From: Geosiphon pyriformis uo1
Lineage: Eukaryota; Fungi; Glomeromycota
DNA: 50,318 bases
Assembly: GCA_016748015.1 (NCBI GenBank)
Contig: JAAOMT010000281.1
Span: 1-50,318, forward strand
Direction: 5' to 3'
The notes beneath the pieces were generated by a model, which was not told where the DNA came from, searched no databases, and saw nothing but the letters and a program-made list of their open reading frames with translations. This document shows, piece after piece, positions 47,933-50,318 of the stretch; within the stretch, counting starts at the first letter, position 1; each line of letters opens with the position of its first letter. The position numbers were made by a program, and so were the translations under genes.

Positions 47933-49973
47933 GATTACTTTTTTTGATACGTTATGGGATATTGTGGTTTTCTTTTTAAAATTAAAAAGATTTGTTTTAT
48001 ATATATGTGTAATGAAAGATCGTTCCTTTTAAAAAAGTTTAATTTGAAACTCTTAATTTCCCGTATTTATGTAAATTTGTCACAGGATAAAAAAATTAAA
48101 TTTAAGTTAATAATAATAATAACAACATTGAATATACACTTGTACCCCCAAATGGTGCGCATAACAAAGCAAAGATTACTGGCGAAAAAACAATAGGCAC
48201 ATGGGGTTTTGATCTAATTTAATAAATACAATTCAATTAAAACATAAATGTAAATTTTTTTGCCAAGAAATGATCCCGGTTTTTACTTGTAATACTTGGT
48301 GATACCCTCTAACCGGGTAAGACTTAGATTAGCTTTTGTGTTTGTGTTTGTGTTTGTTTTGTGTGACAATTGTAGCAAGTTTAAACTTTAATGAAAAACG
48401 ACTTTGATTCGTCGTCAATTATAATTGGTTAAAAAAGCAAAAAATTTCGAAAATCTAATTTATTTTTAAACATCACCTCAAAACGAAACTTGAGAAATAT
48501 TTTCCTATCAATCAAGAAAGGAAAAAGCTGCTTCTTACATTTGTAATATATTATAGCGTTATGAAATTTGATATTTATTATAAAGATTTTTTTGTTAATA
48601 AATAAAATCGAAGCTAAATTTTCTAGAGGTAACGGATCCATGATTTTTATAATGTCACAACCAAATAAGATTATTAATCAGGGAAATTTATGAAAGAAGG
48701 AAATATTCAAAATCCTTTATTAAAATACCGATAAAACAATCGTTATATTGGATTGAAATAATATCAAACCAACTGTTGTTGAAAAAAGCAAGTCCTTATA
48801 TGGAAATTGGATGAGGAAGCAGTAAATGTCGGTGATTCTTTTGATTGAATTGGTTTATTGTATAAAAATAGCAGAGGAGCCCCAATATTTGAAAATATCA
48901 ACAATTTAGATTTCAAGCTATAATGTATCCATTGTTTTTAATCACAAATGAAAATACTAAATTAATAAAATCATCATAGGCCAACTTCAAAGCCTTTCGA
49001 GAAAATTTATAATCAAAAACAGAAGCAGCAACTAAAATTCCGATTCTTGAACTTTCTTCAAAGACATGCAAAAAACAGGTGCGAGATTTGAGTCCATAAA
49101 AAATTATTGATTAGATCAAATAAAAATTTTATTCGCCGATGGAATTCTTTTCAAAGTATTGAAGGATACTTGACTGCTTTTGAAGACTCATATCCTACTT
49201 AAATATTGTCGTGGACTCCTCCCACTGAAAATTTCTTCAATGCTTGATTATAAGCGTGAATCTTGATAGAATTCCATTCATTAGTGTTAAGATCCCTTCT
49301 GTTTTCGGTGAATTAAGTCAATTTTTTTTATTTTGTATCATGTCGTCTGGGAACATTAGATTACTATCAGCCAAATTTCTAATTTTTCGTGTTTCCAAGA
49401 GCCCATTTTAATAGAATTCAAGGCTTTAGACCCACGAATCATGTTCTAGTTGGGTCATACCACTTCATAACTCTCTGGCACTTCTTTTGCCAAAATAATC
49501 TGTTGATAAGATAAATACTCAATAGTTTCCAATGAATTTTTAATTGCGAATTGCAACACTAATGATGAGACTCTGTGAATTTTACTCAAAATTCAAGCTA
49601 GTTTTTTCTTTTGGTTGCTTTATTAAAGTTTTCCATCATCTTTTCTCACTACAATTCTCAAAAAGAGTAGTCAAATTTAGAAACAGAGATATAAGTACAT
49701 TTGTAAAAAAATAATAACTTTTTTGTAGGAATTGCTAAGATGTTGCAAGTAAATTTTTTTTTGATATATTAATCTTTATGCTATTGAAAGTTTTTAAATA
49801 TTTTACATATAATCTAATTTATTCAATGAGCATCTCTTTTGAAAACCCAGATACAGTGTGGGATAAAACTTTTTGGGATTAATTAAAAGGCTCTTTATCA
49901 GCGCTCTACCTTTGTTTCTAAAGAGACAAAAAACTGTTTCATCAGCAAAAAATAGTCGGATTTCAATCGTCGT

Positions 49974-50318
49974 TCAAATGTTGATGAACCCATTATACGC
50001 GCTTTTTTTATGTAAATTCGTAAGCACCATAGGAGGACATTGCGACATCATTTGTCCTAAATAAGGACCAAGATGTGATGTGAAAGCTTCTTCAATTGAT
50101 GCAGCCTCGGTTCTACCATTGAATTCGTAAATATATAAGAAATGGTTAATAACTGTTAAAGGATTGTTAAGATTAAAAACAAAATTTTGATTCTATAGCA
50201 ACTTACCCGGCGTTTCAACTTTATCCCGCTCGTGGTTTTGGGGCCTGGGCATAAATAAATGTTGAAATTATCCCCATTATTATCGAAAGTAGCACAGCCA
50301 CAATCTTTTGGCGATATC
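49974..50318 (-). pseudogene. 3' end of another class-3 lipase-like copy (gene continues beyond the window), probably non-functional
   Basis: 50026-50318 matches 10866-11158 without gaps (8 differences in 293 bp). The last-intron acceptor AG is changed to AC at 50127. Confidence 0.8.

Overview
AT-rich eukaryotic genomic DNA with short GT-AG introns, most consistent with an early-diverging fungus (Mucoromycota/Glomeromycotina-like; this taxonomy is inference). No prokaryotic features or CRISPR arrays were seen. Apparently intact genes are one secreted class-3 lipase-like gene (32651-34077), two PLAC8 paralogs, an alcohol O-acyltransferase-like gene and one orphan ORF. A second lipase-like gene (13477-14985) has one doubtful splice donor. 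The rest is a graveyard of pseudogenes (three more lipase copies, a cytochrome P450, DUF3455, a putative PD-(D/E)xK nuclease), Tc1/mariner elements (a 2.25 kb pogo-type element with TIRs and TA TSD, a 77 bp MITE, a Tc1 relic) and extremely AT-rich decayed blocks. Two signals stand out. (1) A roughly 2 kb unit present twice (1-2170 and 8575-10518) carries collinear, high-identity blocks of 28S/LSU rRNA in which the H69-H71 (R2/I-PpoI target) region is degraded and interrupted by a 68-70 bp tandem repeat, followed by a CpG-rich 41 bp minisatellite of variable copy number. (2) All three lipase-like paralogs whose nucleophile elbow is visible read GHGxG instead of GHSxG while keeping the catalytic Asp and His, suggesting a pseudoenzyme family. 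All alignments and exon models were made by eye.
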